IMG/VR virus record: IMGVR_UViG_3300028888_000072
Coordinates: 62,001-120,182 of that record
Source: an uncultured virus (IMG/VR IMGVR_UViG_3300028888_000072)
Lineage: Duplodnaviria; Heunggongvirae; Uroviricota; Caudoviricetes
Reading direction: 5' to 3' (one strand)
DNA length: 58,182 nt
In this document: piece by piece, positions 1-8,853 of the stretch
Position numbering within the stretch: the stretch's first letter is position 1
Layout: each line of letters opens with the position of its first letter
Notes under the pieces: generated by a model
The model's input: only the letters and a program-made list of their open reading frames with translations
Database searches by the model: none
Told to the model about the DNA's origin: nothing
Position numbers and translations under genes: made by a program

Positions 1-2
1 TC

Positions 3-437
3 ATAATTTGGATATTTTCTTTTAATAATACCAAACATAGATTTACGGGCAGACTCATGACCTGCACCCATAGTTCCATAACATGTCTCAATTTCTGTTT
101 GAGCCATTATAAAGCATATATCTATATTATTAGATAGACCTGCATGTACTAAGTAAGCTGGAATAAATTCATGCGATTTTGAAGTTTTAGTTTTTATATA
201 CTTTGAAACTTCATTAATCATTTCATCTTTCAAGCTATCTTTAAGAACATCATTTGATATAACACCAGTATCTATACTTATTATGTTTTCAACTTCCGGT
301 ATTTTATGAATGCGTTCATTTGAATTAATAGCTAATGTACTCCAAAATAACATTAGTACTACTATAAGAACAATTAAGTTCTTTAAATTAAATAATTTTT
401 TGATTCTCTTGAATCTCTTGTTGTTAGTTTGTTCCAT
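3..437 (-). CDS. Membrane-anchored glucosaminidase (GH73-like) peptidoglycan hydrolase, runs off the window edge
   Basis: Hand translation from ATG at 437: MEQTNNKRFKRIKKLFNLKNLIVLIVVLMLFWSTLAINS... (basic region plus TM helix), then NIDICFIMAQTEIETCYGTMGAG...KSMFGI, matching the GH73 AQxxxEtxyG...FGI pattern. Not in the ORF track because it is truncated. Confidence 0.7.
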   Translation of the reverse strand, partial: MEQTNNKRFKRIKKLFNLKNLIVLIVVLMLFWSTLAINSNERIHKIPEVENIISIDTGVISNDVLKDSLKDEMINEVSKYIKTKTSKSHEFIPAYLVHAGLSNNIDICFIMAQTEIETCYGTMGAGHESARKSMFGIIKRKYPNY

Positions 438-672
438 AATTATTGTTTTACATTTAAGTTTATCGCCTTATCATATAAATCTGTCACCTTTACATAACTC
501 GACTTAGCCAAAACTTTACACAACTTTCTGTGCAAATATCACTTCATTTGACTCTTGAAAATCTAGTTGCTATACTACCGCGCTTGGTAGTAATTTTTTA
601 TAAAAATAAAAATATCTATAAAATAATATAGAAAAAATTATATTTTTATTAAATTAAAGTAGTGTATTTGAT

Positions 673-1137
673 ATGAGCAAGATATACGAAAATAAAATAA
701 AGAATAATAAACCTAAGAAGAATAGTAGATATCATCAAGGGTACGTACCAGAATCTTTATGTCATAAATTATTTAGATCTGTGAAAGGAGAGCCTATTAT
801 ATATCGTTCTGGGTTAGAATTACAATTTATACAATTTTGTGAGAATAATCCTAAGATTAAAAAATGGGCTTCAGAACCTATTGCTATAAAATACACTTGT
901 AGATTAGATGAAAAAGAACATGACTATTATCCAGATTATGTTATTGAAACAAATGATAATAATAAGATAATAGTTGAGATTAAACCATATTGTCAGACTA
1001 TTAAACCAGGAGCAACAGATTCAAGATGGCTTAAAGAATCTTGGATTAAGAACTGTGACAAATGGAAAGCAGCTAATGATTTTGCTCATAAGAATAATGC
1101 AAAGTTTATAATCGTAACAGAAAAATTTTTTGAATAA
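673..1137 (+). CDS. Head completion nuclease (T4 gp4-like, TnsA-type PD-(D/E)xK fold)
   Basis: YRSGLELQF...NPKIKKWASEPIAIKY...YYPDY...VEIKP motifs typical of gp4. Confidence 0.85.
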   Translation: MSKIYENKIKNNKPKKNSRYHQGYVPESLCHKLFRSVKGEPIIYRSGLELQFIQFCENNPKIKKWASEPIAIKYTCRLDEKEHDYYPDYVIETNDNNKIIVEIKPYCQTIKPGATDSRWLKESWIKNCDKWKAANDFAHKNNAKFIIVTEKFFE

Positions 1138-1146
1138 TATTATAAT

Positions 1147-2088
1147 ATGAAAAATCTTAAAGATATTGTGTTCGAAAAACTAATTATCAATAAGAATATA
1201 AAAGTTGATAATAGTAAATCAAAATATCATCCACAAGATAAAGAAGAATTAAAAGAATTAGTTAATAAATTAATTGAAAAACGTGGAGTTGAAGCAAACC
1301 TTAATGATATTGATACATCAGAAATTACTGATATGAGCAGTTTATTTGCAAGAACAGAATTCAATGGAAACATATCAAACTGGGATGTTAGCAATGTTAA
1401 GAATATGAATATGATGTTTCACAATGATCAAAAATTCACTGGTGAAAATACTGATTTTTCAAATTGGAAATTGGATAGTCTTGAAAATGCAGGATTAATG
1501 TTTAGTGAATCTGGATTTAAAGGAGGAAATGGAATATCAAATTGGGATGTAAGTAATATTGTTAATATGCGTTATATGTTTCAAAAATGTGTTAACTTTA
1601 ATGATGATCTTTCAAAATGGGATGTAAGTAAAGTAACAGATATGCAAGGAATGTTTTCATATTGTAAAGATTTCAATAGTGATTTATCAAATTGGAACGT
1701 AAGTAAAGTAAAACATTTTGGAAGTATGTTTAGTTATTGTGAAAACTTTACAGGTGATGGTTTGAAAAAATGGAATACTATGTCTGCACATGGCATGGGA
1801 TTTATGTTTGCTCATACAAAGAAATTCAATGAAGATATATCAAATTGGATTACTAAAGATGTAGTTAATATGGAAAGCATGTTTGAAGATTCTATCTTTA
1901 ACCAAGATATATCAAAATGGAATGTAGAAAATGTTGGAGCAATAGATAATATATTTAAAAACAATAAACAAATATATCAGAATCTTTCTTCATGGTTCAT
2001 ACCTAAAGTTAGATCAAAAAACAATATGTTCATGGGTACTAAAATGACTTCAAAAAGAAGTTGGTGGCCAAGGAAATATAAACTATAA
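1147..2088 (+). CDS. DUF285/BspA-family repeat protein with putative capsid-targeting leader
   Basis: Tandem ~25-aa repeats FNxdlSxWDVSxVxxMxxMF; N-terminus MKNLKDIVFEKLIINK. Confidence 0.85.
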   Translation: MKNLKDIVFEKLIINKNIKVDNSKSKYHPQDKEELKELVNKLIEKRGVEANLNDIDTSEITDMSSLFARTEFNGNISNWDVSNVKNMNMMFHNDQKFTGENTDFSNWKLDSLENAGLMFSESGFKGGNGISNWDVSNIVNMRYMFQKCVNFNDDLSKWDVSKVTDMQGMFSYCKDFNSDLSNWNVSKVKHFGSMFSYCENFTGDGLKKWNTMSAHGMGFMFAHTKKFNEDISNWITKDVVNMESMFEDSIFNQDISKWNVENVGAIDNIFKNNKQIYQNLSSWFIPKVRSKNNMFMGTKMTSKRSWWPRKYKL

Positions 2089-2107
2089 AATAACTATATT
2101 ATAATAT

Positions 2108-2443
2108 ATGAAACAATTAAGTGATCATATTAAAGCATCAAACATTAATGAAAATGAAGTTGACGATTTCTTTAAGAAGCAAGATGAATTTAAAAGGAAG
2201 ATGATTGATGAATGGAAAAGTAATGATAAGCTTAAGCCATTCGATTCATATTTCAAATGGAAGAATAATGAAGGTTCAATACAAGATGTTTTGAATAATA
2301 TAATTGATATGCGTAAGGCTGCTAAAAAACTTCTTGAAGATCTTTATAAAAACGAAAAAGAAAATGATGAACTTATAATGATTGTTGATGCTATTGAAAT
2401 GGAACTTATAAATATAATGATGATCAAAAGAATTAAATGGTAA
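2108..2443 (+). CDS. Hypothetical protein, putative internal head protein
   Basis: Leader MKQLSDHIKASNINE; tightly packed in operon. Confidence 0.55.
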   Translation: MKQLSDHIKASNINENEVDDFFKKQDEFKRKMIDEWKSNDKLKPFDSYFKWKNNEGSIQDVLNNIIDMRKAAKKLLEDLYKNEKENDELIMIVDAIEMELINIMMIKRIKW

Positions 2444-2892
2444 TCATAACTCCTGAAACAAAAAATCAAGAATCGAAAAATAAGTCAGTGTTTTTAGCTG
2501 GTACAATTGATAATGGAGATTCATTAAATTGGCAAGATAAAACAATTATTGAATTAATTAATCTTGGATTTGATTGTGATATCTATAATCCACGTAGAGA
2601 ACATTGGAATTCTAATTCTACATTAGATGATTTAGTAAAACAAATCAAATGGGAGCAGGATCATTTAGATAAAGCAGATATGATTGCTATGGTTTTATTG
2701 GATGATTCAAAATCTCCTATAAGTTTACTTGAATTAGGATTATATGCAAAATCAAAAAAGATAGTAGTATTCTGTACTCCTAAATTTTATAGATATTATA
2801 ATGTAAAATTAACTTGTGATAAATATAATATTGAATTAATACAAGATTTGAATCCATTAATAGTAGCAAATAAAATAATATCTAAATTATGA
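2437..2892 (+). CDS. Nucleoside 2-deoxyribosyltransferase-like protein
   Basis: SVFLAGTI, WQ, NPRR, QIKWEQDHLDKAD and SPISLLELGL motifs. Confidence 0.85.
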   Translation: MVIITPETKNQESKNKSVFLAGTIDNGDSLNWQDKTIIELINLGFDCDIYNPRREHWNSNSTLDDLVKQIKWEQDHLDKADMIAMVLLDDSKSPISLLELGLYAKSKKIVVFCTPKFYRYYNVKLTCDKYNIELIQDLNPLIVANKIISKL

Positions 2893-3194
2893 AAGATATA
2901 AAAACATTAATAAACGAAGGTAAATATTGTCGCCTTTTTTCTGAAGTTCAAAATGAAGTAGGAAAGGTTGGCGAATATCATACATTCAATATTCAAGATG
3001 GACAAAAGAAATTTAAAAAAGGATTTATTTATATAAATTCATCAGATGATTTCTTTGGTATTCAAGCACTAAATTCTTCAAAAGAATATGAAGAATTTGT
3101 TGGTGTTGAAGAAGGTCTTTATTCTGAACTTGATGATTTGAAAATTGGTGATACAACTGAAATTGATAATTCTACAATTATAAGAATTTGGTAA
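2889..3194 (+). CDS. Hypothetical protein, putative internal head protein
   Basis: Leader MKDIKTLINEG. Confidence 0.6.
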   Translation: MKDIKTLINEGKYCRLFSEVQNEVGKVGEYHTFNIQDGQKKFKKGFIYINSSDDFFGIQALNSSKEYEEFVGVEEGLYSELDDLKIGDTTEIDNSTIIRIW

Positions 3195-3196
3195 AT

Positions 3197-3622
3197 ATGA
3201 AAAACTTAAAAGATATACTTAATGAATCATATTCAGATGGTGTATTAGATCAATCAATTAAAGCACCTGAAAAGAAAAAGGTTCAAAATGCAATATACAA
3301 ACAACTTGAAAAGACAGGTACAACAGGTAAATTTTACCATGATGATGCTTGGGAAGGTGTTGGTTTAGTTAAAAAAGATATTGAAGATGCATTTAAGACA
3401 ATAAAAAATGCACCACATGAATATGAAGTATCTATTTCTCCTGATAATGGCGGATATCGTAAATCAAAAGATGGTATGTCACAATGGAAACAATACAAAG
3501 TTGAAATCTATGTAAAGGGAGCAGAAGATCCATTTATGGTTGGAACACTTAATTGTCATGCTGCAGGAACAGTACAAGATCCATTTGATATGTACGATAT
3601 GTCTTGTTGTATAGGATATTAA
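3197..3622 (+). CDS. Hypothetical protein, putative internal head protein
   Basis: ATG at 3197 preferred over the track start; leader MKNLKDILNES. Confidence 0.6.
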   Translation: MKNLKDILNESYSDGVLDQSIKAPEKKKVQNAIYKQLEKTGTTGKFYHDDAWEGVGLVKKDIEDAFKTIKNAPHEYEVSISPDNGGYRKSKDGMSQWKQYKVEIYVKGAEDPFMVGTLNCHAAGTVQDPFDMYDMSCCIGY

Positions 3623-3682
3623 ATTAAAATAAGAATATATAGAGGTTAAATAAATGAATACCAAATATATTTTTAATAAATT

Positions 3683-3907
3683 TTGATTACAAAACCAAGA
3701 TCTGATTGCAATAAGCATACAATTAAAAGAGAACATTACGCCAGAAAAAATGGTGAATGGAAACCTAAGAAAAAATTCAATTCACAAGAAGAAGCAGATA
3801 ATTGGATTAAAACATATAAAATGTATAAATACACATCATATATTTGCAAGGTTTGTGGAAGCTGGCATGTAGGAATTAAAAAATATAATAAATATGAAAA
3901 CTATTAA
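3683..3907 (+). CDS. Small zinc-ribbon-type phage protein
   Basis: KKKFNSQEEA...YICKVCGSWHVG motif; TTG start uncertain. Confidence 0.55.
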   Translation: MITKPRSDCNKHTIKREHYARKNGEWKPKKKFNSQEEADNWIKTYKMYKYTSYICKVCGSWHVGIKKYNKYENY

Positions 3908-3978
3908 AAAGTTATTTAATTAATGTTAGTGAACAATGGGATTTAATTGATGCATTTAAAAAAATATGTTTATAAATA

Positions 3979-4221
3979 ATGAAAGACTTAAAAGATACTT
4001 TAATAAAGGAATCTCGTACATCTTCTGATAGCATTAAAAATTATGGGAGAACTTGGATAAGTGAATGGGGTTCTGAATTTTGTGGAAATGTTCTTACTCA
4101 TTTTATTGAAGGGGTTAAAGAAGGTATGGAAAAATATCCTAATGAAGATCCAAAATTTCAAAAAAGATGTATGGATTTTATAGAAAAAACATTAAAAGAT
4201 TTAAATAAAGAAATTTATTAA
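3979..4221 (+). CDS. Hypothetical protein, putative internal head protein
   Basis: Leader MKDLKDTLIKES. Confidence 0.6.
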   Translation: MKDLKDTLIKESRTSSDSIKNYGRTWISEWGSEFCGNVLTHFIEGVKEGMEKYPNEDPKFQKRCMDFIEKTLKDLNKEIY

Positions 4222-4222
4222 T

Positions 4223-4522
4223 ATGAAAGATATTAAAAATTTTATATTAGAATCAACTCAAGATGAAGACCTTCATGAAGAAGTTGGTTTAGCATTAAAA
4301 GAATTCGGTAATATAAGAAACGGATTTAAGATGTCAAAAGTTAATGACATTATAGATGCTATGTATAAGTTAGGTTTTGATTTTGATAATCAGAATCAAG
4401 ATGAAGATAAAATGATATTCTATGGAGAATACATGGATTCTAAATATACTGTTGAACTTTACGTGGAAGATAGAGTTGCAGGTAAAGTAAAATTAAAAAA
4501 TTTCAATGTATTTGAAGATTAA
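4223..4522 (+). CDS. Hypothetical protein, putative internal head protein
   Basis: Leader MKDIKNFILES. Confidence 0.6.
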   Translation: MKDIKNFILESTQDEDLHEEVGLALKEFGNIRNGFKMSKVNDIIDAMYKLGFDFDNQNQDEDKMIFYGEYMDSKYTVELYVEDRVAGKVKLKNFNVFED

Positions 4523-4525
4523 GAT

Positions 4526-4861
4526 ATGAAAAACATAAGTAGATTTATTTTTGAGAAATCAAAGTATTTTACATTAACTGATGATGAAAGAAATTCATTA
4601 GTAGAATGCATAGGATATATAACAGGTGACTTAGGAGATATTGATGACATTAAAAATTTTGAAACAGTCAAAAAAGAATTATCTGAAGATGAACTTAAGC
4701 AATTGAGTGATTTATATGATTGTCTTGATGATAAACAAACATATCCTAAGATTAATAGAAACATAATTAAAGATGATTTAGAACTTATTAAAAAAGTAAT
4801 TTATTTGATAGGAGAAAATGATCTTGATTATGATTTAAGTAATATATACGAAAAAATATAA
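4526..4861 (+). CDS. Hypothetical protein, putative internal head protein
   Basis: Leader MKNISRFIFEKS. Confidence 0.6.
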   Translation: MKNISRFIFEKSKYFTLTDDERNSLVECIGYITGDLGDIDDIKNFETVKKELSEDELKQLSDLYDCLDDKQTYPKINRNIIKDDLELIKKVIYLIGENDLDYDLSNIYEKI

Positions 4862-4881
4862 TAACTTATAAGTAAGAATAT

Positions 4882-5547
4882 ATGCCAATTATACATAAAC
4901 CAGAACAAACTACATTAGGTCATGTATTTAATTTAAAAGAATTAAGTAAAAAGATTTATACTGATGAAGAAATTAAATCTTTTAGACTAGATGAGTCTAT
5001 TAATAATCATCCATTAGCACGTAAGCCAACTGCTATACGTTCTAAATTGGCATATAAAGAGATATTGAGAAATCTTAGACCTGATAAGAAATATATCTTA
5101 CCAGGACAAGTTGTTTTATTTAATTATGCTCAACCAAAATTTAAGGAAGAACTTGAATATTATGATAATTATCCATTCTGTATAAGTTTTGGAATATTTA
5201 GAACAGATGATGGAAATATTCGTGAGTGCATGCTTAACTTACATTATTATCCACCATTTACAAGAGCAAAAATAATGGAACTTGTATTTACTCATTTTAG
5301 ACCATATTTTGAAAAGTATTTTAATGAAGCAAGTTCAAAACCAAATACTATTATGTCATATTCAATGCTAAAGCATTTATTAAAGACAAACCAAAAGATA
5401 GCATTTGGAACTAAGATGTATATACCAGTACTTAGAGGAATTACATATAATATTCCTGCAAGATTATTGCCAACTGCATTCTATACAGAAGGTAAGTTTA
5501 GTAAAGCGACCTTACAACAAATATGGCATTTCTGGAGACAATTTTAA
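4882..5547 (+). CDS. DNA end protector protein (T4 gp2-like)
   Basis: PGQVVLFNYAQPKFKEELEYYDNYP and LNLHYYPP resemble the gp2 F.Y.pK.k..L.YyD.fP...NlHYlpp pattern. Confidence 0.75.
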   Translation: MPIIHKPEQTTLGHVFNLKELSKKIYTDEEIKSFRLDESINNHPLARKPTAIRSKLAYKEILRNLRPDKKYILPGQVVLFNYAQPKFKEELEYYDNYPFCISFGIFRTDDGNIRECMLNLHYYPPFTRAKIMELVFTHFRPYFEKYFNEASSKPNTIMSYSMLKHLLKTNQKIAFGTKMYIPVLRGITYNIPARLLPTAFYTEGKFSKATLQQIWHFWRQF

Positions 5548-5610
5548 ATAAAAGAATATTAAATTTTATTTTTAAAATATAAAGATAAATAAAATTAAAA
5601 CATTAATATA

Positions 5611-6660
5611 ATGAAAAGATTAAGTAATGTAATAAATGAAGCTTGCGCTACATCTAATCAACAGCCAGGTAATGCATTAATTAAGACTGGTGTTACTAAT
5701 CATTACACACCAATTCAGAATATATTGACAAACATTAGAAATTTATATTGTGTTCATCTCGGTATAGTTGCTGATGAAGGCGAAGATGGTTGCTCAATTA
5801 AGTTGACTAGTTCAAGATTCATTAATGATATGAAGACTAATGAATTATTATATACATGTTTATATAATGATGTTAATTATCAGCAATCAAGTTTATATTC
5901 ATATATAATATCACAAGGTCTTCCAAAAGTAACTAAGATCAATATCGGTGGATATCTTATTGTTTATTTTTCACCAGATGATATGAAACAAGCTCAAGAT
6001 CCTATTAAGATGTACGCTGCATCATTCCCACAAGAAGCACAAGAATCTTTACTTAGTGAATTTGAAATGACTTCAATAATTAAAGAAGATGAAGAAGAGG
6101 AAGTGCAGGATATAACATTAAAGAAAGTTTTAGAACTTATTGGGTCTGACGATAAAGTTAAAGCTGCTAAAGAATTGGAATTATTGGTATCTAAACAAAT
6201 AAGTCTTCCTCGTGAATATTATTTCGCTGCTATTAAGTTTAAAAGTGGTAAAGAAGCAATAGCATTACGTTGGAAATTTACTAAAACTCTTCCTGGTGGT
6301 GAAACTACTGAAAATGTAAGATCAATCATGCATATCTTTGGAAAGGGTGATGAAGGAATCTGGGTGCAAGATTTTGCAAAAGATTCTATTGTACAATTAC
6401 CTGATGAAGTGAAGAAACTTATTGAATCTGTTCTTGATATGCTAGAAGCAAAAGAAACAGATGATCCTTCTATCTTCAAATTAGATGGTGAACGTAAAGA
6501 ACGTAAAGAAGATGAAGATGATAAAGACAATGAGGATGATAAAGATTCAGATGATAAAGACAAAAACAAAGATAATGATAAAGAAAATAAAAAAGATAAA
6601 GACAAACCTGAAGAAGATGAAGATGATTCTTCAAGAGGTGATGACTCAGACTTATTATAA
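5611..6660 (+). CDS. Putative virion/head protein with D/K-rich low-complexity tail
   Basis: Leader MKRLSNVINEA; internal IIKED site; charged C-terminus. Confidence 0.55.
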   Translation: MKRLSNVINEACATSNQQPGNALIKTGVTNHYTPIQNILTNIRNLYCVHLGIVADEGEDGCSIKLTSSRFINDMKTNELLYTCLYNDVNYQQSSLYSYIISQGLPKVTKINIGGYLIVYFSPDDMKQAQDPIKMYAASFPQEAQESLLSEFEMTSIIKEDEEEEVQDITLKKVLELIGSDDKVKAAKELELLVSKQISLPREYYFAAIKFKSGKEAIALRWKFTKTLPGGETTENVRSIMHIFGKGDEGIWVQDFAKDSIVQLPDEVKKLIESVLDMLEAKETDDPSIFKLDGERKERKEDEDDKDNEDDKDSDDKDKNKDNDKENKKDKDKPEEDEDDSSRGDDSDLL

Positions 6661-6681
6661 AAAAAATATTAAAATCAAATT

Positions 6682-6990
6682 ATGAAAGATATAATAGCAA
6701 AAATTAATGAATCATTAGATAATATAATTTGGCATACTGGAGATGATTTGCCAAAAGAATCAAAATTTAATGAACCAGGATCTAGAAAAGATAATAAAAT
6801 TACAATGTTATTTGTTATCCTAGATGGAAAAATAAATAGACGTCATCATTATACTTTAGATGTTTATAAAAATGTAGCAATTTGTGAATATTTTAATGAT
6901 GGTGAAATTAGTTTTAAAGGAAATAGGAAAAAACTTAAAGCTGAAGATAGATGGTGTTATTTAGATGATATTTTGAAAACATTAGCATAA
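6682..6990 (+). CDS. Hypothetical protein, putative internal head protein
   Basis: Leader MKDIIAKINES. Confidence 0.6.
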   Translation: MKDIIAKINESLDNIIWHTGDDLPKESKFNEPGSRKDNKITMLFVILDGKINRRHHYTLDVYKNVAICEYFNDGEISFKGNRKKLKAEDRWCYLDDILKTLA

Positions 6991-7014
6991 GATAATATAT
7001 ATAGAACGACATAT

Positions 7015-7212
7015 ATGAAATCATTAGAAGAATTTGTTTTAGAAAAAGAAAACGAAAATCAAGTATTCGTTGTTTATATGGGCGACGGTACTATGACAAA
7101 TTATTTTGATTCTGAAGATGATGCTAAAGCAGAGGTTGAAAAATTGAATAAAGAATGCGCAGATAATAAAGCAACATATAAGAAAGAACCAAAATCAAAT
7201 ATTGAAAAATAA
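7015..7212 (+). CDS. Hypothetical protein, putative internal head protein
   Basis: Leader MKSLEEFVLEK, close to the T4 internal protein leader MKTYQEFIAE. Confidence 0.6.
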   Translation: MKSLEEFVLEKENENQVFVVYMGDGTMTNYFDSEDDAKAEVEKLNKECADNKATYKKEPKSNIEK

Positions 7213-7234
7213 AATTTAATATGATTTATAGAAT

Positions 7235-7262
7235 AAAGGGTAGTTAAAGCTACCCTTTGTTT
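7235..7262 (+). terminator. Rho-independent terminator
   Basis: AAAGGGTAG-TTAAAG-CTACCCTTT followed by a T-rich run; ends the leader-bearing gene cluster. Confidence 0.8.
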
Positions 7263-7319
7263 GTAATATTTTTTGTAGTAATCTATATTTATTTATATAA
7301 TCATTAAATTTAATTAATA

Positions 7320-7715
7320 ATGAAATTAAAAGACTATAAAGAATTTTATAATTTTATTAACATTAACAGTCCATATTTAATAAATCTTTGGGAAGATATA
7401 TATAATCGACCTGACCCAAAGGTCGGAGATTTATACAGATTCCCAGATCATAATGTTCAGTATGTTCATTATTCAGTTATGCATACAATGCCAATGAAAG
7501 TTGGTAAATTTGTTAAAGTTGAATATGATTCTGAATTTAAAAATGGAGTTGCCTTTTACTATATATTTGATTGTGATGGGGAAATCGTTAAGATTCATTC
7601 AATAAATGATGTTTATGATGTATCTAAATTAACATTGGAAGATCAATTAGATTTATTTGGATTTTGGACAAAATGTACACCAGCTATAGAAAATAATAAA
7701 AACGAAGATATATGA
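7320..7715 (+). CDS. Hypothetical protein
   Basis: ORF after a promoter-like motif (CTATATT at 7283); ATGA overlap with the next gene. Confidence 0.65.
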   Translation: MKLKDYKEFYNFININSPYLINLWEDIYNRPDPKVGDLYRFPDHNVQYVHYSVMHTMPMKVGKFVKVEYDSEFKNGVAFYYIFDCDGEIVKIHSINDVYDVSKLTLEDQLDLFGFWTKCTPAIENNKNEDI

Positions 7716-8188
7716 AAGTTTATAAATTAAAACACAAAGAATATGATGGAGAATTAGTATTTGGATTACCATATCCATACAATGAATCACCTGGTGAAAT
7801 TTATATTAATGAGCTTTTTAAGAATATGAAACCATGGAATCATTGTATTCCATATTATAGAAATAGCCATTTTGCATTTGTTTCTATTGATGCTTTATGT
7901 ACATTTTTATTTGATACACTACCAATAGAAGATGAAGATACACTTTTAGATTTAGAAGATAAATTTTATGTAGAATCATTTGATCTTACTGTTTGGAGTG
8001 ATGGATTATCAAAATTCTTGTGTACATATTTTGATGATGAAATAGAAACAGCAATTGAAGAACAACAATATGATATGAAAACTGTAGAAGGCTTTACATA
8101 TAAGTATATTGTTCAAGATCCTGTTATAGAAGATGATATTAGTATGTGTAAAGAACGATATTATAAAAATGTAAAAACTTTTTATTAA
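7712..8188 (+). CDS. Hypothetical protein
   Basis: 158-aa ORF, translationally coupled. Confidence 0.65.
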   Translation: MKVYKLKHKEYDGELVFGLPYPYNESPGEIYINELFKNMKPWNHCIPYYRNSHFAFVSIDALCTFLFDTLPIEDEDTLLDLEDKFYVESFDLTVWSDGLSKFLCTYFDDEIETAIEEQQYDMKTVEGFTYKYIVQDPVIEDDISMCKERYYKNVKTFY

Positions 8189-8192
8189 TTTA

Positions 8193-8221
8193 TTGAACAT
8201 ATAAATGTTTTAAACTATTTT
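8193..8221 (+). promoter_or_regulatory. Putative early promoter TTGAA-N17-CTATTTT
   Basis: Member of the recurring intergenic motif. Confidence 0.55.
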
Positions 8222-8266
8222 AACATTATATTAATTGTAATATAATAACCTCTAAAAAATTTAAAA

Positions 8267-8755
8267 ATGGAATTTAATACAAATAATTTTGGTTTTAAAG
8301 AGTTAGTTAACACTTTCGAATATACAACAGCAACCCAGAATAGGGATGTATGTACGGAGGTAAGTATTAATGGTAGAAAATATGATAAGTACGGAACATT
8401 GCAGGCTGTAGCATTTGTTGGTAACTTATATAAAGTAGGTATTGAAGGAGAAGGATATTGGCCAAGAGAAAAAGGTCCAATTAAGACAAACAAAAATAAT
8501 AAGTATGTATTATTTGTTGGAATGTCTAAGCAGCATCCTTGTGATACAAAAATAAATAAGCAATTAGGATACGAAATTGCAATGGTTAATGCAATAGAAA
8601 ATCCTATTATGGTTATTGAAATTCGAGGTAAGTTTACATATCGCAGATTTAAGAATATTGTAGAGAATTATCTTGCAAATATGAACCTTGAATTTATTAA
8701 GACACGTCAGGAAATTATTGCTGAAGGAAAAAATCCTAAGAACTACAATCGTTAA
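8267..8755 (+). CDS. Conserved phage protein with GxSxxHPxDxxxNxxxGxxIAxxNA motif
   Basis: FVGMSKQHPCDTKINKQLGYEIAMVNA; has its own promoter and downstream hairpin. Confidence 0.6.
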   Translation: MEFNTNNFGFKELVNTFEYTTATQNRDVCTEVSINGRKYDKYGTLQAVAFVGNLYKVGIEGEGYWPREKGPIKTNKNNKYVLFVGMSKQHPCDTKINKQLGYEIAMVNAIENPIMVIEIRGKFTYRRFKNIVENYLANMNLEFIKTRQEIIAEGKNPKNYNR

Positions 8756-8776
8756 ATAATGGTTTGTTCTTGTAAA

Positions 8777-8823
8777 AAAATAGTTTACATATTTTGAAAA
8801 GTATTCAATATGTAAACTATTTT
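8777..8823. terminator. Inverted repeat (terminator) overlapping the next promoter
   Basis: AAAATAGTTTACATATT...AATATGTAAACTATTTT (17-bp arms); contains TTGAA (8794) and CTATTTT (8817). Confidence 0.6.
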
Positions 8824-8853
8824 GTTTTATAAATATATGATATTAAATAATTA

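Noticed and set aside
310..507. + strand 65-aa ORF in the track
   Set aside because: Shadow of the minus-strand GH73-like gene and its leader.
673..1137. Tn7 TnsA transposase
   Set aside because: Same fold, but no TnsB/TnsC or transposon ends; the neighbouring gp2-like gene supports a T4 gp4 head completion protein.
6500..6650. GAT/AAA-rich quasi-repeat
   Set aside because: Encodes the low-complexity D/K/E tail of ORF 5611; not a DNA repeat element.
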